64,000 bases of DNA from Stegostoma tigrinum (taxonomy: Eukaryota), in the NCBI RefSeq assembly GCF_030684315.1, contig NC_081358.1, positions 72,167,817 through 72,231,816 of the forward strand, read 5' to 3'. The notes under the pieces were generated by a model. It was not told the origin of the DNA. It ran no database searches and saw nothing but the letters and a program-made list of their open reading frames with translations. Position 1 is the stretch's first letter. Each line of letters opens with the position of its first letter. The position numbers and the translations under genes are program-made. This document shows positions 48,701 through 60,559 of the stretch, piece after piece.

Positions 48701-51700
48701 TGTACTGTAAAATTTCCATAACAGTACTCAGAGAATAACAGATAATGTTCTTCCTGTTCTAGTTCAAATTCAACTCTTCGAGGTTTGAGTTATAAAGAAA
48801 GGGTCGGTAGGCTGGGACTTCTTTCACTGGAGGGTAGGAGGTTGAGAGGCGACCTGGTGGAAGTGAGCAGAATAATGAGGGGTATAGATAGAGTTAATGG
48901 TAGTTGTCTTTTCCATAGGAAGGGAAATTTCAAGACTAGGGAGCACATTTTTAAGGTGAGAGGAGAGAGATTTAAAAAGACATGATGGGCAATTTTTTTA
49001 CACTGAGAGTGCTTCACGTGTGGAATGGACTTCCTGTAGAAGTGGTGGATGTGGGTACAATATACATGAATAGGAAAGGTTTGGAGGGATATGGGACAGG
49101 ATCAGGCAGGTAGGACTAGTTTAATTTGGGATTATGTTTAGCAATGGACTGGTTGGACTGAAGGGTCTATTTCTGTGCTGTATGACTCTATGATGAGGGA
49201 TGAGGCTAGTAGGTAGGAGATGGGGGAGGGGCTTGAGGTGGCAGGAGGGGAGAGGTGAGAGGAAGGACAGATTAGGGAGGCGGGGACAAGCTGGGCTGGT
49301 TTTGGGATGCAGTAGAGGGAGGGGAGATTTTGAAGCTTGTGAAGTCCACATTGAGACCATTGGGCTGCAGGGTTCCCAAGTAAGATATGAGGTGCTGTTC
49401 CTGCAACCTTCGGGTGACATTGTTGTGGCACTGCAGGAGGCCCAGGATGGACATGTCGTCTAAGGAATGGGAGGGAGAGTTGAGATGGTTTGCGACTGGG
49501 AGGTGCAGTTGCTTAGTGCGAACCAAGCGTAGGTGTTCCGCAAAGCGGTCCCCAAGCCTCTGCTTGGATTCCCGGATGTAGAGGAGGCCGCATCTGGAAT
49601 GGTGGATAGAGTATATCACATTAGCAGATGTGCAGGTGAACATCTGCTTGATGTGGAAAGTCTTCTTGGGGCCTGGAATGGGGGTGAGGGGTGAGTTGTA
49701 GGGGCAGATGTGGCACTTCCTGTGGTTCCAGGGAAAAGTGCCAGGTGTGATGAGGCTGGAGGGGAGTGTGGAGTGGACAAGGAAGTCAGAGAGAGAGTGG
49801 TCCCTCTGGAAAGCAGATAAGGGTGGGGAGGGAAGAATGTCTTTGGTGGTGGGGTCCGATTGCAGATGGCGGAAGTGTTGGAGGATGATGCATTGGATCT
49901 GGAGGTTGGTGGGGTGGTACGTGAGAACGAGGAGGATTCTGTTTTGGTTGTTATTGCAGGGAGCAGGGTGTGAGCAATGAATTGCGGGAAATGTGGGGAG
50001 ACATGGTCGAAGGCATTCTCGACCACTGAGGGGGGGATGTTGCGTCCTTGAAAAATAAGGACAACTGAGATGTTTGGGAGTGGAGTGCCTCATCCTGGGA
50101 GTGGGTGTGGCAGAGGCGAAGGAATTGGGAATAGGAGATGGCATTTTTGCAGGAAGGTGGGTGGGAGGAGGTGTATTCTAGGTAGCTGTGGGAGTCGGTG
50201 GGCTTGAAATGGATATTGGTTTCCAGGTGGTTCCCAGAGAAAGAAACGGAGAGGTCCAGGAAGGAGAGAGAGGCATCAGAGATGGCCCAGGTGAACTTAA
50301 GGTTGAGATGGAAGGTGTTGGTGAAGTGGATGAACTGTTCGAGCTCCCCATGGGAGCAAGAGGCGGCGTCGATGCAGTCATCAATGTAACAGAGGAAGAG
50401 GTGGGGTTTAGGGCCAGTGTAGCTTTGGAAGAGGGATTGTTTCACATAACTTACAAAGAAGCAGGCATAGCTTGGGCCCATGCGGATACCCATGGCCACC
50501 CCCTTTGTCTGTAGGAAGTGGGAGGAATTGAAAGAGAAGTTGTTAAGGGTGAGGATGAGTTCAGCTAGGCGGATGAAGGTGTTATTGGAGGGGAACTGGG
50601 TGGGCCTGTGGGACAGGAAGAAGCGGAGGGCCTTTAGGTCATCTGCATGGGGAATACAGGTGTATTGGGTCTGGATGCCCGTGGTAAAAATGGGGTGTTG
50701 GGGACCAGGGAATCGGAAGTTTTGGAGGAGGTGGAGGGTGTGGGTGATGTCATGGACGTAGGTGGGGAGTTGCTGGACCAAGGGGGAGAAAATGGAGTTG
50801 AGATAAGTTGAGACAAGACCAGTGGGGCAGGAGCAGGCGGAGACAATGGGTTGACCAGGGCAGTCAGGTTTGTGGATTTTGGGAAAGAGATAGAAGTGAG
50901 CATTGCAGAGTTGGAAAACGATGAGGTTGGATGCAATGCAGATTTTACTTCTACAGTGGACCGTGGAACACTAAATGTTATGATCAGAGTTAATGGTAAT
51001 ACTGGAGAAGTGAAGTTTCAGGGTGGCTTGACTTGGGATGAGACCCACATTGAATCGAATATCTAGGGATGCAGCAAGGTCTTCAAACTAATTACAATGG
51101 GTGCGTGGGAGGTGTTATACAGGCTTTCAAGGCCAAAGAGTATGGCAACAATGCATGGCAGCTATTTTGATAATGAAACCCGGAGTGGGACAGGAGGGTT
51201 AGTGTGTACAACCATAAGAAAACAGAAGCAAATTTGGTCAAAGGAAAATAATTTGTAAAAAGGCAAATTTACTGGCTTTTTACTTAAAAGCGTGTAGAAT
51301 TCAGATCAAAACAAATGATTAAATAGTGCAAGTAGAGGTTATGAGTGTGGTCTCAAAGCCATTATGGAGACGTGGTTACAAGGAGAAAAAAGTTGGAAAC
51401 TGAATATTCAGGGGTATGTGAGTTTTTGAAAGGCAGGAAGGGAAGGGTGCTGTGGTAGCTTTGTTTGTATGAGATGGAATAAAAATGAAACAGGACATGA
51501 AGTTGGATTGGATTATGTAGAATCCAGATGAAGGTGCTTGGGGAGTGGAAACAGCTCAAAACGTTGCTGTGTCAGACAGACCATAAGTAAAGATAAAATT
51601 AGGATATATAAAAAAGGCATTGCGTGAACAATGGTTGATTTTCATCATCATTTAGATTCTCAAGATGAAATTGACAGAGAAAACCGATGAGGAAGAATAC

Positions 51701-54700
51701 ATAGACAGTATTCAGGACAGTTTCCTAGAGCAATATGTTGTTGATCCAAATAAGAATCAGGCTAGTTTTTATCTGATGCTCTGTTTCGGAAGAGGTTTAA
51801 TGAAAGTGCACAAGTGACCGTAACATGATAGAATTTGACATTCAGTTTGAGAGTGAGAAACCTGGGTCAGATTCAAATGTGCTCGACCCAATTGTGGATA
51901 AATAAATAGGGTTGAGGGATGAATTTGGCTGGAGTGGACTAGAAAAAGGGGCTTAGCAGAAAAGATTGTTGAGGAACAATGGCAGATGAATAGAAGGTAG
52001 TTCATGACTCACAACAAAGATATATCCCAATGAGCAAGGGCTCTAGAAAATCTATGAACAGACCATGGTTAAACAAAGAGGTTAAGGGTAGTATCCAGTT
52101 GAATGAAAAATCATCAAATGGAGCAAAGATTAGTTGTAAACTGGGGATTGAGAACATTTTAAAAGATTTTCAAAAATAATAAAGAGGGAGAAAACAAACT
52201 ATGAGAACAAATGACCAAATAACATAAAAGAACACCTTTAAATATAGAGAAAGGAAAAGAGAGGCCAGAGTGAATGTAGGCCTTTTGAGAATGAGGCTGG
52301 TGAAATAATAATTGGAAACCAGGAACTGGGAAGGGAGTTGAATAAATATTTTGCAACAATATTCGTCGTAGAGGACATGAATAGAAGTCCAAAAGTGCTA
52401 AATAATTAAAGGGCCCAGGTGGGGAGCAGATAGACTCAACAATTATCACTTGAGATAAAGTACCAAAGAAACAAATGGGGCTAAAGGCTGACAGCTAAAA
52501 GGATAGTGGATGCCCCGATAGTAATCCTCTAAGAATCCTTGGAAAGTTGGAGAGGATTGGAAAACTGCTAATATACCCACTTACGTAAAAACGAGGGAGA
52601 CAAAAAATAGGCAATGAAAGGCCAGTTTTCACATCTGTCATTGGAAAAATATTAGAGTCTATAGAAAGGATGTAGTAGTGCATTTATAAATATATATCAT
52701 TAATCAGAGTCAGCATATCGTCATTAAGGAGAAATTGTGCCTGTCAAGTTTATTGCAGGTTTTTGAGGAGGTAACAAGCAGGATAAATAAAGGAGAACCA
52801 GTAGATGTAATATAATTCAATTTCCAAAAGGTATTCGATAAAGAACCACCATAAGACTGCTTAATAAAACGACACCCTGCGGTGCTGAGGGTAATGTATT
52901 AGTATGGATGGAGGATTGACTAGAAGAGGGGTAAACGAAGCATTTTCAGATGGCAACCTATAACTAGTGAAAGTGTCACAGGTTGTTCACAATATATATC
53001 AATGACGTGGATGAGAAAAGTGAATGTACTCACCACCTTTATTAATGACAAAAAAAGGGGGAAGGCAAGTTGTGAAGATGATTCAAAGAGCCTACAGAGG
53101 GTTATAGATGGATTAGGTGAGTGGACAAAACTTGGCAGATGGCACATAATGTGGACAAATATAGGGTTATGTACTTCACAAAGAATAGAGGAGCTGCAAA
53201 TTATGTAAATCTGAAAAGACTGCAAGAAGTTGTAGCACAGAGGAATTTGGCGTCCTTGTGTGTGAATCACTAAAGCTCACATTTAAATTGGAAGGCAAAT
53301 TGAATGTTGGCCTTTATCTTTAAATGTGCTGTAATAGTTCATCTCAAATGCATTGAAAACTGTGTTTGACCAAACCATTTGGAAAATCCATTTAAATGTG
53401 TAAGAATTTACACAATATTGTGACAAACATTTTGTGTTAAATGCCTTTCACATAATGCTAGTTAAAATTACCCATTGGTACTGTTTTAGTTGTAAGATTT
53501 GGTACAGAATTCATGTGCAAGGACATTGATTATGTTGAGCCATTAAAGTGATGTTTTAGAGCCTTGTTATTTATGTAAGTCTACAAATGCTAAAAGCTAC
53601 CTTGAAATATAACTTTAGCACTTTGAATAGTTGTAGTGTATTCTGTGTTTGTAATTTATCAAAAACGTAAATAACATTCACATGAAATTTCAGTTGATAC
53701 ACAGTAAAGTCTGTCTACAAGAATTTAAAATTGGCGACATGTTCAATAAATTCTATGGAGAATTGGCACAGAAGAGCAAACTTCCAGACACAGGTGTGTT
53801 TACTTTCATTTCATAGTATTCATTTTTCAGAGAGGCATATAAGGCAACATATTTCTGATCTATTATGTTTCTTTTTAAACAGTGAATAACCATATAACTG
53901 TTAGCCAGGAGCTGCATAACTTAAAACATTATTTTCTGTCACTTGCTATTTTCATAGAACATAGAACATAGAACAGTACAGCACAGAACAGGCCCTTCAG
54001 CCCACGATGTTGTGCCAACCATTGATCCTCATGTATGCACCCTCAAATTTCTGTGACCATACGCATGTCCAGCAGTCTCTTAAATGTCCCCAATTACCTT
54101 GCTTCCACAACTACTGCTGGCAACGCATAAAAAAAGCTCTCACAACTCTCTGTGTAAAGAACCTGCTTCTGACATCCCCTCTATACTTTCCTCCAACCAG
54201 CTTAAAACTGTGACCCGTCGTGTTAGCCTTTTCTGCCCTGGGAAATAGTCTCTGGCTATCAACTCTATCTATGCCTCTCATTATCTTGTATGCCTCAATT
54301 AGGTCCCCTCTCCTCCTCCTTTTCTCCAATGAAAAGAGTCCGAGCTCAGTCAACCTCTCTTCATAAGATAAGCCCTCCAGTCCAGGCAGCATCCTGGTAA
54401 ACCTTCTCTGAACCCTCTCCAAAGCATCCACATCTTTCCTATAATAGGGCGACCAGAGCTGGACGCAGTATTCCAAGTGCAGTCTAACCAAAGTTTTATA
54501 GAGCTGCAACAAGATCTCATGACTCTTAAACTCAATCCCCCTGTTAATGAAAGCTAAAACACCATATGTTTTCTTAACAACCCTGTCCACTTGGGTGGCC
54601 ATTTTAAGGGATCTATGTATCTGCACACCAAGATCCCTCTGTTCCTCCACACTGCCAAGAATCCTATCCTTAATCCTGTACTCCGCTTTCAAATTCGACC

Positions 54701-57700
54701 TTCCAAAATGCTTCACCTTGCATTTATCCAGGTTGAACTCCATCTGCCACCTCTCAGCCCATCTCTGCATCCTGTCAATGTCCCGCTGCAGCCTACAACA
54801 GCCCTCTATACTGTCAACGACACCTCCAACCTTCGTGTCATCTGCAAACATGCTGACCCATCCTTCAATCCCCTCATCCAAGTCATTAATAAAAATTACA
54901 AACAGTAGAGGCCCAAGGACAGAGCCCCGTGGAACACCATTCACCACTGACTTCCAGGCAGAATATTTTCCTTCTACTACCACTCGCTGCCTTCTGTTGG
55001 CCAGCCAATTTTGTATCCAGACAGCTAAGTTCCCCTGTATCCCATTCCTCCTGACCTTCTGAATGAGCCTACCATGGGGAACCTTATCAAATGCCTTACT
55101 GAAGTCCATATACACCACATCCACAGCTCGACCCTCATCAACTTTTCTAGTCACATCCTCAAAGAACTCGATAAGGTTTGTGAGGCATGACCTGCCCCTC
55201 ACAAAGCCGTGTTGACTGCACTTAATCAAGCCATGCTTTTCCAGATGGTCAAAAATCCTATCCCTCAGAATCCTTTCTAACATCTTGCAGATGACATTCA
55301 TGAGACTTACTGGTCTGTAATTGCTGGGGATTTCCCTATTTCCTTTCTTGAAGAGAGGAATTACATTTGCCTCTCTCCAGTCCTCAGGTACGACTCCAGT
55401 GGAGAGCGAGGATGCAAAGATCTTCACAAGTGGCAAAGCAATTGCATTTCTCGCTTCCCAAAGCAGCCGAGGACAAATCTGGTCTGGGCCTGGCGACTTG
55501 TCAATCTTAATGTTTGATAAAATTTTCAGCACATCAGCTTCCTCTATCTCTATCCATTCCAGCATGCACACCTGCTCTTCAAAGTTTTCATTCACTACAA
55601 AGTTCGTTTCTTTCGTAAAGACAGAAACAAAAAACTCATTTAGGGCTTTCCCTAACCTCCTCAGACTCCACACACAAGTTCCCTATGCTATCCCTGATCG
55701 GCCCTACTCTTCCTTTGACCATTCTCTTATTCCTCACATAAGTGTAAAATGTCTTTGTGTTCTCCCTAATCCGTTGTGCCAAGCCTTTCTCGTGCCCCCT
55801 CCTGGCTCTCCTCAGACCATTTTTGAGCTCTTTCCTCGCCTGCCTGTAATCCTCTAGAGCTGAGCTTGACCCTAGCTTCCTCCACCTTATGTAAGCTACC
55901 TTCTTCCTTTTGACGAGAAGCTCCACCGCTCTCATCGTCCAAGGTTCCTTTGTCTTACCCCTTCTTGCCTGTCTCAGAGGGACATATTTATTCATCACTC
56001 GCAACAACTGTTCCTTAAACAGTCTGCACATGTCTATAGTGCCTTTACCATGGAACAATTGCTCCCAGTCCATGCTTCCTAACTCATGTCCAATCGCATC
56101 ATAGTTTCCTCTTCCCCAATTAAATATCCTCCCATTTTGCTTAATCCTCTCCTTCTCCATAGCTATGTAGAATGTGAGGCAGTTATGGTCACTATCACCA
56201 AAATGCTCTCCCACCACAAGATCTGATACCTGCCCCGGCTCGTTTCCAAGCACCAAGTCTAGAATGGCCTCTCCCCTCGTCGGCCTGTCAACATACTAAG
56301 TTAGGAAACCCTCCTGAACACACCTTACAAAAACATATAATGTTTTAAGAAAATGAGAGAATGGAAATGGCAAACAAAATATGTCTGTTTCACTACCTCA
56401 GCTGTATTTTGGCTGTTTTAACTTCTGTTTCTGGCAGTTTCTTCCATTAAATGTCAAACAAATCCCCTCCATGATAACATTCGGAAGTAATGGATGGTAG
56501 TTATAATTCCTTGACAGCAATAGTTACAATGATCAAGTCTTCCTGTAAACGATCATAAAGACAGGTGGATAAAGATGACATGACAATACAAAAGGAGACG
56601 GTGATGCAGCCTGCAGAGATTTGCTTACCGTGTATAGGATAAGATAGTGGAGATCCATGTTATAATTCATCAGCGCGAAAATTGGCTTAGGAATGTTAAT
56701 TGCCGGCAGAACTGGCAGTGTTATTTTGAAGTGTAATTGGATGTTTGGCATGGTACATGACCAAGCGGGACACAGAAATGATTGGAAAGTTCACAATTTC
56801 CCAGCGTGAAAATATCACTCACTTCAATGAATAAAATTTGATAAAACACCAGTCTATGGTCTTCAATAGCTATAGGCACATTTACTTATTCTGGAATCCA
56901 TATGTCTCACGCATTTTATTAAACCTAACTATTTATAGCCATTTATATTAGCATTTAAAGAGGAAAAATTTGTATCAATATTTATTTTAAATGACTTGTT
57001 TCACAGTGTTGGAGAAGGTATATGAGCTATTGGGTGTTCTAGCAGAAGTGCAACCTACTGAAATGCTTGATAATTCAGAAAAGCTTTATCGTGCCTACTT
57101 AAATGAATTGAAAATACAGGTGAGTTTGAAATCTTTCTCTTTTTTATGTATGATTTTCTTTTTAAACATTGCTATTTTTAAATGTTTTTACCCTTCAAAG
57201 TTTTCTTTTCACAATATGTAAAAATTTCCTGTCTTCTGCCTTGTCTTTGTATTGGTTATTGTATAGAAAAGTAAAATTTGAAGGTGATATACTTAACCAC
57301 TGTTTTCAACATATTGCCAGTCTCCCATAGCTTTTCCCAAGGCAAATGGGGGATACGTTGACCTGTAAGGACATAAATGAGGTGTACCTCAGTCGATCTG
57401 CTGCTTGGGTTATAAGATATACTGGTAGGCCAGTGTTTTAAGACAGGTCAATGGAGAAGATATCCTTGGTTTTCTTTTTGCTGGAAAACTGTTAAGCCTT
57501 TTGTTAAAAATGTGTTTGCAATTTCTCGCTCCTCAGATGACCTCTGCAACAAGAGAGCCAAAACTTCTGGTGGTGTCAGGCTGCCTTAGAGGGTTAATAG
57601 CACTTATGGTAAACTTCACTAAATCTGTCGAGGAAGGTGAGTTTCTTGTTTAAAATATGTCGAAGTATAGACTTTGAATGCACTCCAGCAATGTGAAAAA

Positions 57701-59382
57701 TATTACTATTTGCATATGTATTTTTTAGATCCAAGAACATCAAAGGAGATTTTTGACTGTGCAGCGAAAGCCATAAATTTAAAGGTTAGTTCAAAAACAT
57801 GTAGAAAAATACTTGCCCTTTAGAAGGATAACTGATTTAAGGTTAAACATTGCCTGGGGGAGTTGACAAATCTCAGAGCCAAAAAATCAATGTTGTTTCA
57901 GACATAATTAGGCTGAAGGATCTATGAAGTTAGCAAACTGCCAAGGTGTTAATGGGACATTAACTTGAGACTGTAATGCAACTGAATAGCTGATATCTGA
58001 AGATATTGCTTTCCTAAAATGTACTTTTAAATGCAGGATAAACAGACATCGGCAATTTCAGAGTTGAATAATCTAAAATATAGTGTTTGGCTTGATATGA
58101 CAGTAATTGGATGATTTTACTTCTCATCATCCATCAGAATTTTGCACCTGATGTGAAAGCTTGGACTTTAGTTAAGGTTTAGAAAATATTAATATTTTTG
58201 TTTAAATTATTTGCAGTTTAAAAGTATTCCATGATTCTTACCTAGTAACCAATGGAAAATAGGTGATGGGAAATGAGTGGAGAACCCTAGGGTTGTGTTC
58301 TATCACCCTTCCCATTTATGTTTCCTGATGAAGTGAGGTCCTAATCTCATCCTGTTGGCTGGAGGGAGGAGGAAAGTGAGAAACCAAATCAACCTGCTCC
58401 GTCCTAGTACAATTATTGATAAATAATATAAGACCAGGTTGGGCAACTGCTGTGTATATAGAAACCTTCTACAAAATATTATGTGATGTACAGAACATTT
58501 GCAATCATGTCTCTCTCTTCATATCCATCCATTAACCAAAAGATTTATTTTAAACAAAAGTGAAAATAACTTTAAATTTAAGTTAATGCAATGACTAAGT
58601 ATTCAAGAGTGTTTAATCTATATTTGTGCCTTAATTTGATCACTTTGAACTGAGCATGCTCTGCTTTGGTTAACTTAGATTTGCAGTAACATCTTGAATA
58701 ATCTTTGCTAGTGCTGATTCAGTTTGGCTGTGTTCTATCTCCTTACAGATGTGTCCTATTCTAATTGCATTTTGTCTACTGATCAATGAATGGGATATAT
58801 GTTAGAATGTTGACAGTAGCAAACAAAGGTTGCACAAATGTTGGCAGGTTTACTCACGTAATAATAAGACGAAATGAATGCTAAATGAGCATTGGATTGA
58901 TGAACCACACCACACGCAACAATGGCTCGTTTAATACGTACATTTACTGTTTCCAACTGGAGGGAAATCTAACCTACTCCTGAGTTAGAGGAGTATTGCT
59001 TTCAGCTTGATTGCAAACAACCTTTCTAAGGAAATGAAAATTTTAGTCACAAAGTACTGGGCCTCCATCAACTAACTTACCTCTTGGGAGTTATCAACAA
59101 GCAGGAGATTAAGTCTTTCTTTTGTTTTCTCTCTCTTTCTGTCTCTTTTTCTCTACTTTCCTCTTTCCCTCCCTTTTTCTTTCTCTCTTTCTCATATCTG
59201 AAAACAACTGGGTGTGCACTGTTGGATACGAAGCAGTAGTCAAAGCAATAGACTGTCCAGTTCCTCTGGAAAACAGAAGATGACAAATGTTCCTATTCAG
59301 TAGCAATGCAGAATGATATTTTTAATAAAATGATTGTGTTCCTTTTTACAGATTGACATAAAGAGATATGCTGTTCCTTTGG
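33610..59382 (+). CDS. PRKDC: DNA-dependent protein kinase catalytic subunit, coding exons 1-9 (partial; gene continues beyond the window)
   Basis: Exons 33610-33787, 42397-42473, 43983-44075, 48320-48394, 53694-53793, 57007-57119, 57537-57636, 57729-57784, 59352-59382. GT-AG, in phase, 823 nt. Peptides match the DNA-PKcs N-terminal HEAT region; head-to-head with MCM4 as in other vertebrates. Confidence 0.95.
34960..35160 (-). mobile_element. tRNA-derived V-SINE (HE1-like)
   Basis: Minus strand: ctgctgcctca..ccagggaccccggttcaattcc (B-box)..gaatttgcacgttctctcc..ccggtttc. Confidence 0.75.
35608..35747. mobile_element. Penelope-like fold-back insertion
   Basis: Centre CAAAAGCTTTTG; direct repeat TATCAAAAGT at 35593-35602 and 35748-35757. 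Confidence 0.8.
37980..38815 (+). mobile_element. Degenerate CR1 3' region
   Basis: ORF 38420-38620 ([20 protein letters not shown]). Confidence 0.7.
39015..39060. repeat. Short 18-bp tandem repeat (TTTTCATYGCTTTTCTCC) x about 2.5
   Basis: Read directly from the sequence. Confidence 0.8.
39215..40325 (-). mobile_element. CR1 RT/3' fragment inserted into a plus-strand CR1 tail (39100-40530)
   Basis: [19 protein letters not shown] (39976-40179); [12 protein letters not shown] (39633-39848). Confidence 0.85.
42397..42473 (+). CDS. PRKDC: PRKDC exon 2 ([25 protein letters not shown])
   Basis: cag|..GAG|gtaagt; 77 nt. Confidence 0.94.
42500..43650 (-). mobile_element. Old Deu-domain SINE broken by a tRNA-SINE (about 42680-43040) and two Penelope-like fold-backs (about 43108-43345, 43408-43567)
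   Basis: SINE pieces resume across each insert; duplication CTTCACTGARGTG flanks the last insert; degenerate hammerhead cores CTGAAGA/CTGATAA. Confidence 0.55.
43660..43901 (-). repeat. About 240-bp direct duplicate of 44740-44959 (Tx1 3' end plus flank)
   Basis: Shares the poly(A) tail, AATAAA and about 100 bp beyond the tail. Confidence 0.9.
43983..44075 (+). CDS. PRKDC: PRKDC exon 3 ([12 protein letters not shown]...PYALDIK)
   Basis: 93 nt, AG/GT bounded. Confidence 0.94.
47300..47326 (-). pseudogene. U1 snRNA 5'-end-derived fragment (nt about 4-30)
   Basis: CTTACCTGGCAGGGGAGA equals U1 nt 4-21 (18/18, U1 recalled from memory), then degenerate to TGAT. Confidence 0.85.
47323..47366 (-). 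pseudogene. U2 snRNA 5'-end-derived fragment (nt about 4-48)
   Basis: GCTTCTTGCCCTTTTAGTTAAGATCAAGTGTAGT-TTTGTTCTTA versus U2 GCTTCTCGGCCTTTTGGCTAAGATCAAGTGTAGTATCTGTTCTTA (39/45 by hand, U2 recalled from memory). Confidence 0.88.
48320..48394 (+). CDS. PRKDC: PRKDC exon 4 ([25 protein letters not shown])
   Basis: 75 nt, AG/GT bounded. Confidence 0.93.
48783..49192 (+). mobile_element. CR1 3' fragment
   Basis: [26 protein letters not shown]; ends ctgtgctgtatgactctatg. Confidence 0.9.
49195..50935 (-). mobile_element. Penelope-like element, RT plus GIY-YIG endonuclease (frameshifted)
   Basis: [30 protein letters not shown] (49951-50781); [37 protein letters not shown] (49272-50144). Confidence 0.93.
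50940..53320 (+). mobile_element. Old degenerate CR1 (endonuclease to RT remnants)
   Basis: [38 protein letters not shown] fragments. Confidence 0.75.
53694..53793 (+). CDS. PRKDC: PRKDC exon 5 ([33 protein letters not shown])
   Basis: 100 nt; EFKIG..KFYGELA motif; acceptor has a weak pyrimidine tract. Confidence 0.88.
53953..56335 (-). mobile_element. Young 5'-truncated CR1 LINE, ORF2 with frameshifts, (TTCTATG)n tail
   Basis: ORFs 55636-56256 (GDSDHN) and 54111-55673 ([27 protein letters not shown]). Confidence 0.96.
57007..57119 (+). CDS. PRKDC: PRKDC exon 6 ([20 protein letters not shown]...ELKIQ)
   Basis: 113 nt; within ORF 56991-57221. Confidence 0.95.
57537..57636 (+). CDS. PRKDC: PRKDC exon 7 ([20 protein letters not shown]...NFTKSVEE)
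   Basis: 100 nt, cag|..G|gtgagt. Confidence 0.95.
57729..57784 (+). CDS. PRKDC: PRKDC exon 8 ([18 protein letters not shown])
   Basis: 56 nt, AG/GT bounded. Confidence 0.92.
59352..59382 (+). CDS. PRKDC: PRKDC exon 9 ([10 protein letters not shown])
   Basis: 31-nt micro-exon, cag|..G|gtaaga; KRYAVP motif. Confidence 0.92.
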
Positions 59383-60559
59383 GTAAGATATTTTTGATTA
59401 ATTGACATCATCTCTTCAAATGTATACAATTATGATATAGACTGTGTGGGTTATGTATATTTTAGTATCTTTCTTTTTGGGTTGTGGAATTTTCAACAAG
59501 TGGCATGTGGAATTTCTGGGTGTCTGAAAGTGTTTATTGATTGATTTATAAGTATTTTGGTAGTAGTAAGTATTTATTTTGAAACAGTATTAGAGACAGT
59601 CTTTCTGATTAATAATAGAGTTTTGTTTACTTTGAGACAGTTTACAGCAAACAAAGCAGACAGTGTAGGGGATTAGGTTTTTAGATAGAAGATTCTGAAT
59701 TAATTTCTTTCTATGTGAAACACATATAGCTTGGAAGGAAGCTTTTTAGTTTCAGTTTGGGCAGGTTTTCAGACATCTTGGTTGAAGTAGAATGGTTGAG
59801 GAGAGAAAGAGGTTACCTCATTGTATGGAGTATACTTTAAAATTAGTTTTAAAGACAGCAAACACAGGAAATGTACTGAAAACTGATAGTTATGTCACTT
59901 AAATTTGCAACGGAACTTGTCACTTCCCTTTTATCTTGAAGGTTTTGACACATGCTGGGCAACATGTTTAAAAAGGTTGACAGCTCTTTTGATAATTAAA
60001 CCGTTGCTAGCAGGATTCTGGATAATCCAAAATGGAGGACAGGAAAAAATTGTGTCTGTAAGAGCTGCTTTTTTGAGGTATTTTCAGTGTTGGAGCTGTT
60101 TTCCTCGAATTCTAGGAGCAGTGATCACTATTTTATAAGCTGTTGCATTTTCTTGGAACTTTGGAACAATGGCACTTAAAGAAAAGAGGAAGACAGACAA
60201 AGGCAGTGGCAGTGACCACATGGGAAAGGATTCAAACAGAGAAAGAAACCTACAGTGCTGCATGACATAGCACTAAATATGCATAGTTACTCCCTCTGCT
60301 GTTGATTTCAAGTATCCGTGGACATAAGAGTTTGTCTAAGAAAAGTTAACCAACAGCGAAATTCACAACTGACCTTGGAGAAGTCTGTGTGGGAGAGCTC
60401 ACAGCAAGGGAGCGGCTTAGTGGCTTTTTAAAGTGTAAGCATACTGATTATTTTGTAAAACTACAGCAGTGGGTAGAGTATTTTTTTTAAATTATATGCT
60501 TTATTGAGATCTGCCTCTTGATCAAACTTTAAGAACATATAAGATAGGTACTAAGTTAA

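Noticed and set aside
59105-59195. CT-rich tract giving K/E/R-rich ORFs on minus
   Set aside because: Low-complexity sequence, not coding.
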